A stretch of DNA of 64,000 nt from Pavona decussata (Eukaryota). A program made the translations under genes and the position numbers. Where the stretch lies: positions 558,001 through 622,000 of the forward strand of contig CDRNST010000002.1 of the NCBI GenBank assembly GCA_977016875.1, given 5' to 3'. The notes under the pieces are model-generated. The model ran no database searches and had not been told where the DNA came from. It worked only from the letters and a program-made list of their open reading frames with translations. Shown one piece after another: positions 38,901-53,900 of this stretch (the first letter of the stretch is position 1; each line of letters starts with the position of its first letter).

Positions 38901-41900
38901 GTCAGTAAGAACACCACATCTCGGAAATTTACGCCAGACTAATATTTATCGCATGTCAATAACGCGACGCACCTTTCACAACAAGTTCAGTAGTAGCAGC
39001 ATCTTGGCCTGCCTGATTAGTAGCAGTGCACGTGTATTCATCTGAGTCCTCGAACTGGACATTGTTGATGGTCAGCGTCTGTTTACTGATGTCATACTTA
39101 TCATCATCTATTAAATCCTCGATTCCACGCGTCCACGTCAGTTCCGGCGGAGGTAAACCGCTGGATATACACTTTAGTATCAGTGATGAACCATTCATGA
39201 TGTCCACTCTACTGCCAACTGCAACTGTCAAAGGACTCTCTTTGTCCCAGGATACCGCCTTTACTGACCGCTCTATAGACGGCTGGGTAGGAGCTGAAAC
39301 ACAGTGTCCGTATTTGAGATTACTAACAGTGCAAAATACTTCGATTAATTAACCGTATTCTACCGTCAACTGTACGTGAAATGTTTTGGTACTTCTCAAA
39401 ACCAAGGCATTGTTATATCATTCCCGCCGCTATCATACATGAAAATGAACACCTACCATTACTTAGACACAGAGGATTGCGAAGTCGAAGAGCCCTTAGT
39501 AATGCAGAGAAGTTTAAAAGGTGAACTTCACTTCAAAGAAAGTTCTTTTTCTTTCTGAAAAGAGCCTTACATCAAGAATATCAGCTCTCAGGTGTCGAAC
39601 TTAACGTTAAGAATAATCATAACTAAGAAGAGTTAGTAACATGACTTGAGACAGGTATAGTGGTAATTAAAAACAACAACAACAACAACAACCTGTAACA
39701 AAAGACCTAGAGATACTTTTCTTGACGGAAAGCAAAACTGATCAGCAAGCAGTTAGATTTTCCTTGAACTAAACAGATGGAATCTTAAATTTGCAACAAA
39801 TTACATAATAAAGTACATAATGACACGGACCTTCAAGAGTTACATCAGAACTAGCTTCGGCTAAGCCGGCAATATTTGTGGCCACGCATGTGTACTGGCC
39901 TTCGTTGTCTGAGTCCACAGCACCAAGAGTCAGCAGCATTCCGGATTGAGCGAGTGTTTCATTTCCTTTTCTCCAGGATAATGTTGGAGGCGGTATCCCT
40001 GTGGTAGGGCACGAGAGGGACAACTGTATACCAGGAAGAGTTCGAATGGAAGATCCAATGGTTGCTGTTAGAGGGTCCGTTTTGTACCAAACCACAGGAT
40101 CGGTCTGCGATACGATCAACGGGCGCATAGTGTCTGATAGAGAGAGAATGCATTGTTGTGGCGGTTTGCAATTTAAACAAAGCGAAAAAAAGCGAAAAAA
40201 CCCAAACAGCTTCTCTATGATGTTATAATCTCTAATATAATCAAAAGAGCTCGAGGAAAGGAGAAAGGAGTCGTCTCATAAATTTTTCAAGTTTTCGCCT
40301 TTATCACATTGCAGCCAAACTGCAATATTATTAACTACTTTCCCTTCACGACTAAAAATTTTTAATCTGGTTTTGCTGGTACGAGTCAAAACGCTAGAGA
40401 AATAAAGACTGGCTTGTTGCAATCCCCAGCAGTCAGTATAAAACCTTAAACACGAATAAAGATTCAGTATCCTTTGATAGAAAACCTTTCTTCAGTTATA
40501 CACTAGTAACTTCCATTTTGACGAGGGTTTTGTATTTGGGCGCAATTAAACTATCGCAAGAAAATTCAGTTTTAAAAACAAGAGCCACAGACGTTACTCC
40601 TCACTTGCTAACAAAAATTTATGACTGGAATGACCCTACACCCCACAATTCATTGTAGGTCTTGAACTGGTTGTTCACCATAAACGGTCGTTTTTGATTA
40701 AAAACTTTGGGGTTTAGTCAATTTTTGTGGGCCACTCAATTTGGCGAATTCTAAAATTTGCGAAAACAACAACAACAAAAAAAAGCAACAACAAAAAAAA
40801 AATGAAAAAACAAAAACAAAAGGTATTGAGGTCGATGTCATGGAATGGAGACCTCAAAATGTTTTGCTGTTATTCGCTTCAGGTAATTTCAACCTATTCA
40901 GTGTATCGTACCTGCAACATTCAAAGGAGATGATGCACTGGTCTGACCAGCTCTACTCTTTGCCTTGCATGTGTACCTGCCACTGTCTTCAACCAAAGAG
41001 TCCCGGATAATAAGAGTTCCGTTAGAGTTCAGTCGCACTCGTTCGCCCAGTAAAATCCCCTCTCCATCTTTGGTCCAACTCACCTCGGGTTTAGGCACAC
41101 CCTGCACTGCGCATGTAATTTTAATCGTAGCGCCTTTGAACGCATTAATCGTTGACCCTACATCTGCTGTTACGCTTCTGTGTTCATCTAAGGTGACCGA
41201 TCCCTTTGGCGGTAGGATCTTGGGCTCAAAAGGTTCTAAAACATTAAAAATATTTGGATTACTTTTGTTCTTTTTAGACGGACTAAAATGATGGAAGTGA
41301 AATAAATGGAATTCATATATTTGAACTACAAATAAAAGAATGAATAAATAAGAGATTATCGCAGTTATTTACGCGACTTAAGCAGCTGTGACAAAGAGAG
41401 CCTGAACAAAATCAGGCTTGAACGGGATTGGAACCCATGACCTCTGCGATACCGGTGTGGTGCTCTACTGACTGAGCTATCAAACCAACTGGCAGCTGGT
41501 CATATTGTGAATTCGTAATATACCCGTTACCTAAACAGATGGAAGGGAAATGTATTAAAACTAATTTCCCAATGTAGTAGTGTCGATATTGTCCTTATAT
41601 ACCGATTTATTATATAAACACCAATGAAATACCAGGTAAGCTTTCGCTCGAAAACACTATATCTTCACACGTGACAATAACTTGTCATCTTCACACGTGA
41701 AAAGATCACCGTTGCTATGGTTACATAATAAATCGCGCCTTTCGCAGCGGTTTGGTATTTCATTGGTGTTTATGTAATAAACAGAACATTACATGGCCGC
41801 TTGGAGATACGAAATTTCTCTTACTCATGTTTTTCAACACTCGAAGAGAAATTTCTTATCTCCGCTCGGCCATGTAATATCCTCTACATATTCAACTGGG

Positions 41901-44900
41901 GTATAAGTGAAGCATCAATCTGTGTTCGTTATAACTGATTTTTTGGGCGCTATGGTGTAGTGATCAGCGATAAAACTTCTGATAGGCAGATCAGAAGGTT
42001 GGCAATTCATAACAGGTGACTATATCGTGATCGTAAGACAATAAACTAAAATCCTCTGTCTCTCTCTACCCAGAGCCTATAAAGTATATTAAACTATAGG
42101 GCTATTGATTAATTGATTAATTAATTGGATAATTAATTAATCAATTAATAATTAATTAAGCTGATCCCAGTTCTGGCTTAGCCTAATTGGACCCAGGTGG
42201 ATATATGAGTACAAGCGAACCGTAAAGAAAATTTAACATACTCTCACAGACTTATCCCACTCTCGTTCTTCATTGTCAGCTAAGCGTAGTTGCCGATCAG
42301 TGAGGCATATCGTTTCAAAAAATATCTCTAATATGGCACGGTTCGAAGTCTGAAATTTCTGCGTAATCTTGACTTAACGTAGAATCTACATTGTGCCTTT
42401 TCACTTCTGTGTATTTTTATTAAACATTAAATAAACTACAGGGAATCGACGTACCTAAAATGTCTACGGACGAGGTCACTTCGTCCAAACCGGCTGCATT
42501 CTCAGCTGAACAAGTAAACTTGCCAGAGTCCCATATAAGCGCCTCTTGGATCGTTAAAGACCCTTTGTCATCAATCAAATATCGTTCGCCGTGTACCAAA
42601 TCCACCCCGTCTTTTCGCCACCTGATTTTTGGAGGAGGTATGCCTTCGGTAGGGCAAGTGAGAGTGATTTTCACATACTCAAGCTCGGTGATTTGACTAC
42701 CAACTGGAGCAACGACTGGCTGACCATCTCCAATTGGCAATATAGGTCCTGGCTGCGGCACCAAAATTCTTGGCCTCTGCAAACCTAACAAACAAGGAAA
42801 AAACATTTTAGTGATCCTCACAATTACCTCGTGCAATCAATAATGTTAACGGTTTCAACGCCACCACTTTGAGTTGAGATGAAAATGTCCATGGCATCCA
42901 ACGGAAAGCGTGAATGTTGTTGATCAACAAGCAACACGTAAAGCAGAGGTTTCTCAAAAAACAGAAAGACAGGTATCCTTCATAGTCTGAGTTTTGGTTT
43001 TGGTTTTGTCTAAATCGTGGGCATCTTCCTTTGAAAATTATAAACCGTCGCACCACCAACAGCATCCGTGATAGAAAGAAGAAAATAACTCTAAACTTCC
43101 TGTTCCAAAATATCGAGAAACAAACGCTCGCAAATAAAAGAAATAGAGAATATTATATAGCTGTTTCAACTCGAATAGGACGTTTGACCAAAGAAAGAAA
43201 AGGTTTCGTTTTATTATAGAGCCAGTAGTGACAGTACACTACGGTACAGAATGCACCTTAGTCATTAATAGTGCATTCGTAGTTGCTTTCGTTCGTTCAT
43301 CCTTTCCATTCACTCACTCAAAAAAGTGCTTACCAACTACTTTCACCGTGCTTGACGCGCTATCCTTTCCAGCAACACTGTCTGCTGTGCACGTGTATCG
43401 AGCATTGTCGTCTTCACCAGCTTCACTGATCAACAATGACCCATCATCCTGAACTGTGTACCTGCCCCCACGGGGAATTTCCTGGCCATCTTTTGTCCAC
43501 GTGACAGTTGGTGTTGGTACGCCGCTGGTTGGACACTGGATGGTAATGTTTGTATCGGTAAGTGCCGTCACGTTATCACCAATGGCCATGGTTATCGGAT
43601 TTCGGTCGTGGGCTTTTATCGTCTTTGGCTCGTCAGAAACCTTTACGATGGGCTTTGAAGGTTCTGAAAACATGGAAGCTCTTTAGATACTACATGCTGG
43701 TATGATATACAGCGAACAAAAAGTACAATGAAAATCGGTTAATACGACACTAGCGTAACATACCCCTCACCCCCACTCCCAAACCAGTGATTAGTTGTTT
43801 TTGTAAAGATGGAATAAGAATCAGCAATGAATGGAGACAGATCACTGAAAGGCAAATTTTTTAAAAGTAAGGTGCCTTAAAGTGCTCTTCTCCAGCAATA
43901 TAAATATAAACACGACAAAAGAGATAGAGAAGAATCACTTGTAAACGAAACTTGACTTCACCATTGACAGCTTACCAAACTCCTCAAATCTTTAATAGGG
44001 TGCTCCATGGAAGAGAATTGCTGTCACCTGGTCCTACTGTAATTAGAGGTAATGAAATCAACGAATGTCATAGAAATACTGACCTACAATCTGGACTGTT
44101 GACGAAGCGCTGTCTGAACCAGTAAGACCTTGAACGTCGCAATTGTACTTGGCGTTATCGTCAGCTTCTGCTTGTTTTATGACCAAAGAGTTTTCACTCG
44201 TGAAGAAAATGTTGTCTCCAGGAGTAATTTCTATTCCGTCTTTCGTCCACGTGACAGATGGTGTTGGTACTCCACTGACTGGACACCTGATGGTGATGGT
44301 AGTGTTTGAAGCTGCTGTCACGTTGTCACCGATGTTCATAGTCACCGGACTACCATCACCAACGGGAATCTTTTTTCCAGGTTTAGGAACATCGATGACC
44401 GGTTTGACCGGCTCTGTGAAACATTTATATAACAAAGGGAGGTAAAGTACTATTTTTAAGTACTCCTACATGTGTCCCCAATTAGCTAACTATAACTAGA
44501 ACGACAAGACACGTTAATAAAGTGTATGTTATGTTGTTAGATGAGTTAATGGGTCATTGAGGTCGTCTCGAGCTGACGTTGTTGTCTTTGAAGAACGGAA
44601 ACAAAAAAAGAATCCCAGCTGTGTTACACATAATGTAATGCACATTGTTAAATAGTCTTTCAAAAATATCTGCAAAATATTAGAGGTAAACTTTAAGCAA
44701 GGTTATAAATTCATTTAATTTGATTTCATCAATCATTCATTTAGAGAGGCGTTCAGTAGTATGTTATAGAAGTTTGGTTACCAGCTTTTTCCTTTCTTTA
44801 TAAGTATTTATAAGATGGATATGATGTAATATTGTTAGGGTTTCAATTCTTATATAGTCGTTATTTATTTATTATTATTAGATCATTATGTATAATTTTA

Positions 44901-47900
44901 TTACTGTGATGCGCTTTTGATCATATTTAGATGTAAAAACCGCAATATAAGCATTAAACATTTTATTATTAACATTAATCATTCTTTCCTTCGTCAATCA
45001 TCAATAGGTCATTCATTCATTACTCACTATCTCTCAACTCATACACTCCTTCCAAAACTCACTGCCTCCCTTGCACACTTGCTGAAACGTTCGCCCTTTC
45101 GTAGGTTCACACTATCGTTCATTCGCTCATTAACTCACTTAGTACACACAAATACTTACCCACGACTTTAACCGTGCTTGATGCGCTCTCTTTCCCCGCA
45201 ACACTGTCTGCAGTGCATGTGTATTGAGCATTATCTTCTTCATTAGCTTCACTGATCAACAATGAGCCATCATCCTGAACTGTGTACCTGTCACCACTAG
45301 GGATTTCCTGGCCATCTTTTGTCCACGTGACTGTTGGTGTTGGTACACCGCTGGTTGGACACTGGATGGTAATGCTTGTATTGGCGAGTGCGGTCACGTT
45401 GTCGCCAATGGTCAATGTGACGGGACTTCGGTCTTGAGCTTCTATTGTCTTGGGTTCGTCAGAAGTTTCCACGACGGGCTTTGAAGGTTCTATGGAAGGT
45501 AAAAGGCCACGAAATACAACAGACTGGTATGTTGAAAGTACATAAGACAGGTACATTATAGGTAACGTAACGCTTGAAATGAAAATGTGAAAATAAGAAA
45601 TTAAATTGTAAAGTGTAATGTCATGTGCGTTGTGAAGGAAAACTCCTAAAAGGGAAATTGGGGTATTGAAATTCAAAGGAAAAATCTTTTTTCTCGGTGA
45701 GATTCGAATTCAAGACCACTGTGTTAGATCTACCAGCACCCAAGCCAACTTAGCTACGATGACTTGGTTCAATTCACGTCAGGGACTGAGGTTTTTTTTT
45801 AATTTACATTTTGTAAGTAAAGATTGTTAAGAGCAAGAGGTTACTCAGAAAATTCGAGACTTTTACGCGTCACACGGTCACAAGTCTGCTCATGACATAC
45901 TGAACATTTTACATCTTCCCCTTTCATGACCGAGCTTAAAATTTACCATCTCTCACCAATCTCAACATAGGTTATTTTAATATATATGAATAGGTAAGTT
46001 ACCACCAAATTTCTTTCTGGTTCGTTTCTATAACCAAGGATCTTCATTTTGACACTGACCTAAAATTTGAACTCTTGAAGAAGCACTGTCTGTACCAGTT
46101 ACACTCCGCGCGATACAGGTGTACCTTGCACTGTCCTCAACAGCGGCTTGTTCAATCACCAAAACGTTGTTAGTGACTGAATAACCTGCTCCAAGAACGA
46201 TTCCTACTCCATCTTTGGTCCAGGTAACAGACGGTGTTGGTACTCCACTAACTGGACACCTGATGGTGATGGTAGTGTTTGAAGCTGCTGATACGTTATC
46301 ACCAACACTCATGGTCACTGGACTGCCATCACCAACAGGAATATCTTTTCCCGATTCCGGGACATCGATTGCTGGTTTGACTGGCTCTGCAAAACATTTG
46401 TCATATTACCAAAATTCTAGTAATAGCTGTCAAGAAATTTTATTGTAACTTGAACATCGCCACCCATTTTTAACTATAAGGGTTGTTTATTATTAGGTCA
46501 TCTTGAAATTCAACGAAGTTTTGAATCTGCTCCAATTATTTGTAAAAACTCAAAGAAAAAATTTCTTTGGAAGATTAGATGGTTAGATACCGAATTAAAA
46601 CTACCGATACCTAACATTTGGCAAGTTCCCCAACACCATGAAAATAATTTTCTTACAGGTTGTAAATCAATACAAATGTCGAGTTCAAACATTTTATTAA
46701 CAGCTTTAAAAAGTGTACAATAATCATGTAGGTTAAGTCTTTAACAACTCTGAAAAATACCTTAAAACGTTAAAACATTACAAGGCCATTCATAGGATAG
46801 GCAATCTTGCTTACCAACAATCTGCACCGCGCTTGATGCGCTGTCTTTCCCACCAACACTTTCTGCAGTGCACGTGTATCGAGCATTGTCTTCTTCGTCA
46901 GCTTCTCTGATCAGCAATGAGCCATCATCCTGAAGTGTGTACCTGCCCTCGCTGAGGATTTCTTGGCCATCTTTTGTCCACGTGACAGTTGGCGTTGGTA
47001 CACCGCTGGTTGGACACTGAATGGTAATGCTTGTATTGGTAAGTGCTGTCACGTTATCACCAATGGTCATGGTTATCGGGCTTCGGTCTTCAGCTTCTAT
47101 TGCTTTTGGCTCACCAGATGTCTTCACTACAGGTTTCGATGGTCCTGTGTAAGATACGACACGACAATGTTTCTTTTTCAAGAAACCCAATTTTTGAATA
47201 ACCCGTAGATATTGATTGTGGTGATTAAAAGATTCTCGAGAGATCGCTAAAAATTCACTGTACCTATCGGCTGGATAAACGTTTTGCTACATTTGGCGTT
47301 TGACGTATTAAAAGTAAACTAAAGGAATCTAGAATCCACGTTTCAAAGTGAACAGAATTTGTCTAGGGATATCCATGTCATTTTACTTGCTTTTGTAGAA
47401 GAGCGGTGTTTTGGTGATTATCGCATTGGATATTAGATTGGAAGAGAAGAAAGCCACTGGTTTGAGTCTGATCGTGTTAGTTCCTTCACACGAAACATTT
47501 TTCATCATGGAATCTCTCTAAATTGGAGGTATAAATAGGTATTGGCCATGAAATGCTGCATGGGCTAGCATCCTTCCAAGAAGAAGTGGTAATACTCCCA
47601 GTTGCTTCGCGCAAAAGAAACCTGGAATTGAAAACCAACGATTTGCGCCATTTGCGCCTCATGGATGACGTACAATTCATTAACTTAGTCTCTGGGTTTA
47701 TTTGTACATTGAGTTTTAAACTCACCTATTATCTTTACTACCGACGATTCACTGTCAGTGCCTGACACGCTCTTCACACTGCAAGTGTACTGTGCACTGT
47801 CATCAGATGCCAGTCCCTCAATCACTAGAGAATTGTCCCTTGCAATTGAATACTTCACTCCAAGGGTGATTTCTACTTCATCTTTTGTCCAGATAACAGA

Positions 47901-50900
47901 TGGTGTTGGTACTCCACTGACTGGACACCTGATGGTGATGGTAGTGTTTGAAGTTGCTGTCACGTTGTCACCAATGTTCATAGTCACTGGATTGCCATCA
48001 CCAACAGGAATATATTTTCCTGATTCAGGAACCTCTATCACTGGTTTAACAGGATCTGGAATTTAAGTAACGTAGGCTTAATAAAGTAAAGATGTTATGT
48101 TTCATGTTAATCAGGATTTCTCACTTATTTTGGGTTCTTGAAACTTCCCATTTGTACTGTATCAATAATCGTAGAAGCTTCTGTTGTAGAGTCAACAAGT
48201 TGAAATCCAAGGCAACGTTAACTGAAGCAGGTTCCCATTTGCCAAAATAGTCGCGAGCCGTCGTTAAGATTGGGAAAGTGTTTTGGATTACTACAAAATA
48301 TATATGTGTTCGCTATCAAAAGCTATCTCAAGTTTTACGTCCCGGGATTGAAGGTGTGTTCGTGCCGAGCCATATTTTATTAAAAACAACTCTTCCTGAT
48401 TAAATATATTGCTTAATTCGTAATATTGCTGGGGTTTTTCATTCTCCTTTGGATGTTTCGGCGACATAATTCCAATTACCTAACACAAACCCGAGGATAG
48501 TCTGGAAGACAAAAACGCTACTTGTTCCTTTCTAGCCCGAATTTTTTCAGGCTTTCTTTACGCAACTGCTCAATTACAATTTGCCGTGTACAAAACCGCG
48601 ATGGCCTTCCTTACCTTTAAATCTTTCATTCGCACTTCAAATATGTGATCATGATATTTCATATATTCATTCCAATTCACTGATACTTCACGGATTTACT
48701 ACAAACTTACAAAATAACCATTGGTATCGCCGAGTTGATGGACTCGAATCCTGTTCCAGCCTTAATTTTTTCAGGCTTCTTTTCGGAATTTGAGAGTTGC
48801 GATAGCCTTCTATGTCTTAAAAGAACATCCTGCAGGAATGCTATCAGGACATAAAAGCTAAGATTAACAGAGGGAAAAATCAGTCTTACCAACGACTTGC
48901 ACCATGCTGGATGAGCTGGCATTACCAGCAACATTGCCCGAACTGCAGGTGTATCGACCATTGTCTTCACCTTCGGCGTCAGTAATTAGCAATGAACCAC
49001 CATCCTGAACTTTGTACCTGCCCCCACTGTGGATTTCCGTACCATCTTTTGACCACGTGACAGTTGGTGTTGGTACGCCGCTGGTGGGACACTGAATAGT
49101 AATACTTGTATTGGTAAGTGCTGTCACGTTATCACCAATGGTTAAGGTTACGGGACTTTGGTCTTTAGCTTCTACTGTCTGTGGAACCTCAGAGGCGATA
49201 ATAGACGGCTTGACAGGCTCTGACGAAAAAATAAAAATTGTTGCAAATGAGAAGCAGGTTAATTTGCTACACCATATATGACTCAAGACCTGCCTAAACG
49301 GACGACAAAATGCGTCGAAGTGTAGCTGCGGGTGAAACATGATACGGAAGCAAGAAATTTTTTCAATCACGTAATAAAAAGACTTGCTTTAAGGACATCA
49401 ATTATGCATCCGCCGTATTCTTTTATGGCAAATTCTTGTTTTACACGATGAACTCCTACAAATATTTTTGCTTAAATCTCAGTTTAGTGTAAATTGTTTT
49501 GACCATGATTGTTTGGCGTTCTTGTCGTTGAATGCCGCGGAAGAATTGTCCCATATTCAAAAAGCACTATGAACGTCTTCCATAAGCTACCAATAGACAA
49601 GTCATTTGTCTTTCTCCTTGAGCTGACGCCTTTATGCAAAGTTGACGAAACCTCTAGTTATGAGTGCGCGGGCTTTGAGTTTTTAAAATACATAATCGGG
49701 ACAAATGACTGAAACTCCTTTAGTCAAGGTGTCGATCCAAGAATCTGGTAGACTATAAAACATTCTTCTGAAGCCAAATAATCAAATGATAAAAATAAAT
49801 CGGTTCTCGTGTTTAAAACGCAAACCAAGTCATCTGTAAAGATTGCAGGTATTCATCATTTCAAGTTTAGAATGGCCTTAACTGCTGTCAACCTTGTCGT
49901 TTGAGAGCTCAAAGCTGTTAAGGCTCTAGCGAGATTGTGAGAATACTAAATCAATTAAGATATACTAGGAAAATTTCAGGAACCATAAGGGAAACATCAC
50001 ATTCAAACAGAAAACAGACAAAGAGCCGACCAGTCTGCACATACTTTACCTTAAAAGAGACTTGAAACTTCTTTAGTAAATCGTTCAATGATTTAATAAA
50101 CTCACAGAAAAAAACCTTATAATCTTTGAGCTCTCAGAATAAAAACCATATCTTTAACGGATTTTTCTAACTTTTTATGCTTGACCGCGGTTAAAGACTA
50201 GCCAGGGCAGACCCATTTATCTCGGAAAGTAACTTTATACCACAAACCTAAGAGAGATATGAAACTTGTTGCACCATCTTGGCCCATGAAGTTCTCTGCA
50301 ATGCACTTGAACTCTCCCTTGTTCTGTATTCCTCTTATGGCCAGCGCTCCATTGTTATCAGTCTTATAATTCCCACCATTGCCGAGTTGTTTCCCGTTCA
50401 CTTGCCAGAGAATGTTTGGTTTTGGGATTCCTCTAGCTGAGCAATTGATGTTCACAGGAGTAGTGGCGAGGGCCGTCAGGTTGTCTCCTACATGCATGTC
50501 TACAATGCTACCGCTGCTGATATAAACTCTACCGGAGATTTCAACACTGGGTTTCACAGCCTCTGAAAGGCACAAAGGGACACACAAGTACAGTAATTTT
50601 GAAAAGTTATCCAAACGAACTTAGCCGAATTTCTCTCCTTGTACCCCCCACCCCCTCCCCCCCATATTTTAGAATTTTTTTCACGAAATGTAGCAAGGCT
50701 TTGAATTGAATTGAAACGAAAATGCGGTAGAAAAGCAGTGAAGACAAATGAAATATCAGAATAACAAAATTGAAGAGAAGGGGAAATTTCGGGACTTTTG
50801 TTTGTGTAAATTCAAGAATATTTTTGCAGCGATTTAACGGAACCTCCCGTGAAGGGTACCTTTGTCAAGAAGATCCAAGGTCAAACATCAGTTGTCAAGC

Positions 50901-53900
50901 AAAAGATCTTAACTACCCTTAGAATTTTTGCTCTCAGAGGACAAGCGTGCACAAAAAGGACAAACAATTACCTTGCGCACATTATGAATATTTAAGAACA
51001 TCTCCAACTCTTATCGCAAAAACAGAAACAAACAAGGCAAAACAAAATTCAAGAACTTTTCAAAGTCCCGACCGGAAAAAAAATCACTTTTCAAAACAAA
51101 AATAGTGCTATATTTCAGGAGCATTACTTCAACCATGGCAACGAAGCTTACGGTACGAGCAATGCCAAGTTATCAAAATCTTGGTTTGCGTAATACCAAT
51201 ACCCAAACTGATACAACGCCATTAAAAGCTAAATTTTGGAGGTATGAAGTTAAAACAACACTGACAACCTCTTACCAAACACTGTTACGGCACTAAAAGC
51301 CATGTCCATCCCTAGAAAGCTCTCAGCGACGCATGCGTAATCACCAGAATCCTCCAGTTCCATTTTGAATATGTTAAGGATACCAGCACAGTCCATCTCC
51401 ATACGGTCATTAGTAGAGAGCATCTTTCGATCTTTTATCCATTTTATCTTTGGTTCTGGTACGCCGAGCACTGGACACTTGATGGTAAGCGGACTTCCTT
51501 GTAAGATCGAGGCTTCATTTCCGATCGTAATATTAAGACGCTCCTGCTTTTGCAAGGATTCTTTGTGTCCATACGACGACATGATCTTCGGCGCCATGGG
51601 CTCTGGAATAAAATCGATATGACATGAAATTTCGGTAAATTATGGATGCGAATAATGACAAGCTAAATAAAAAGGGCAAGATGATAAATTTAAATCTCAG
51701 GCATGAAAAAATGAATTGAAAACAGTTAATCGCTAGCACTGCATCTGAAGAAAAAAAATATAAGCCGGTCTCCTACAGGAATCGAATCCTTGATCGCACT
51801 AGTTGGATCCTAACCATTGAAAGTTACTCGGGAGACTCGGAGCGAAAAAAGGTCAATTTGTTAGGTTCATATGCTCGGCATATTGTTAGTGTACGGCAAT
51901 GTCGAAAGCTTTTGCGACGATCAAGGTAACATTATTAGTGGATTTTACAGAAAAAATGCGAATAAACAATTTTTCGTTTTTGAATCGGAAACACTAGGAT
52001 ACAAATTTTTGCAAGAAGAGTGGGATAAAAGCACTTTTTAGCTGGGAGAGAAAAACATATCCTTTTAAAATTTTACACCCGCTAACTAAGGATTGACAAG
52101 TTTTTGTGACAACTAATTAAAATTCACCGCCAGTTGTAACGTGTAATCTTAAGGTGTAAGGAACCTGCCATTGTATTCTTGAGGGGAGGGGGTTGGGCAA
52201 AACACCACAACCAAACAAAAAAAAAAAAAACCATAAAATGATAGTTGCCAGTAAGTTGGTTTTGCTATTTGAAAATCTCTTAGTGTAACATGGTCTTACA
52301 AGTCATTTTATGCGAGGTTACTTTTCATGTTGTGTTGAATCGGGCGTTGCTGTTCAATTACCTATCTGTCATTCCTTGTAGAACGTTGATGAAAACTTTA
52401 AAAGCTGATTACGGATGCTTTGAGGTAGAAGCTTTTAACAAAAGTCAAGGCCGTCCAAAATGAAGCAAGCAAATAAAATCCATACCGTGAACTTTTAACG
52501 TAGTAGTGGCCGACGTGACTCCAGCAAAGTTCCTTGCCACACACGTGTAACGGTCCGTGTCCATTGGATCCAGATTGTACATGATCAGTGTGTTGCCAAT
52601 AGCAACGTAATTGCCACCGCTCTTCATCCTCATTCCTCCTCTGTACCATGCAATGGCTGGTTGGGGCAGTCCCAGAGCAGGACAGGTCAGGGTTAATTTT
52701 CTGCCTTTCAGTGTTGTTAAGTTGTCACCAATTTTTCCTTTGAATGGCTGGTTCTCGTACCAGATGATGTAGGATCTCGATTTTCTTATTCTTGGGCGGA
52801 TGGGTGCTGAGAAAAAAGAAAGTGATACGCGAAGTTTATCAAAAGTATCTTGTTTGCTTTGTAAAAATTATGCGTAAAAGTGAGCAAGCAATTAAAATTA
52901 GAGTAGTCAATTTTCCTTCAATTGAAATTGTGAATGAAAGTTTGGAAAATTTAATAAAAGCCACGATTACTAATTTGTTCTGTGAAGATATACAAAGGCA
53001 ATAATCTGAGATTGAGGTATTGATTATACCTTGCATGATGTGTTAGACGCCGTACAAACGTTTGTACGTTCACCCTACTTTTGACTTGCTATGCTTAGTG
53101 ATGGATCTAACAGACGCACGCCACTTTCACAACAAAACAGAAGCAAAATGAGATCCAAATGTGTCTTAGATACACGTGTTTCCGCCGCTCAACGACTGAT
53201 GCGTTTTTGCTTAGAGTGATGGTTGATTCGTATGCCGTTTTTGTCTGTTTAAATCGGAAAGAGTGATTATTTTGGGGCAGTTCGGTTTTTTGACTTTCAA
53301 TTAAAAAAAAAAAAAAAAAACGTGGAATGAACAATTCTACGTGGAAGGTAGTTTATAGAAAATAAGTTATTACCGCGAATATATACAGAGGAGGCCTCAT
53401 GCGTCTCTCCGATAGCACTCTTAGCTAAGCACATGTATCGTCCCGTATCTCCAAGCTGAGTGTTCCTTATAATAATCATAGTTCCATCCTCTTCAATGGA
53501 GACCCTATCCTTGGATTCCAGTGGTTGAGCATTCTTCGTCCAGGAGACAAATGGCCTTGGAGTTCCCTCTGCTAAGCATTCCAGAGTGAGTGAGGTGCCT
53601 GTGAACATCTGCACAGTCACACCTACAGACGCCGTAACAGGTCGTCTCCTACTCAACGCAATGATTTCACCTTCGCCCGATTTGATGCGAGGAAGAACTG
53701 GTTCTGATACATAATTAAAAGAAAGTCAATTTATTTAAACAACATAAGTAAAAGAAGGACTGAAGAAACAGTAGAACTGTTGAAATGACGGAAAGTGTGT
53801 GCACAGATCAGAAGAGACTAAACGAGGGGGGGAGTGGGTAGGGGCCAAGGGTGGGGACGGGGTAGAGAGAGCCGGCTCTATGGCACTCGCTCTGAAACTT

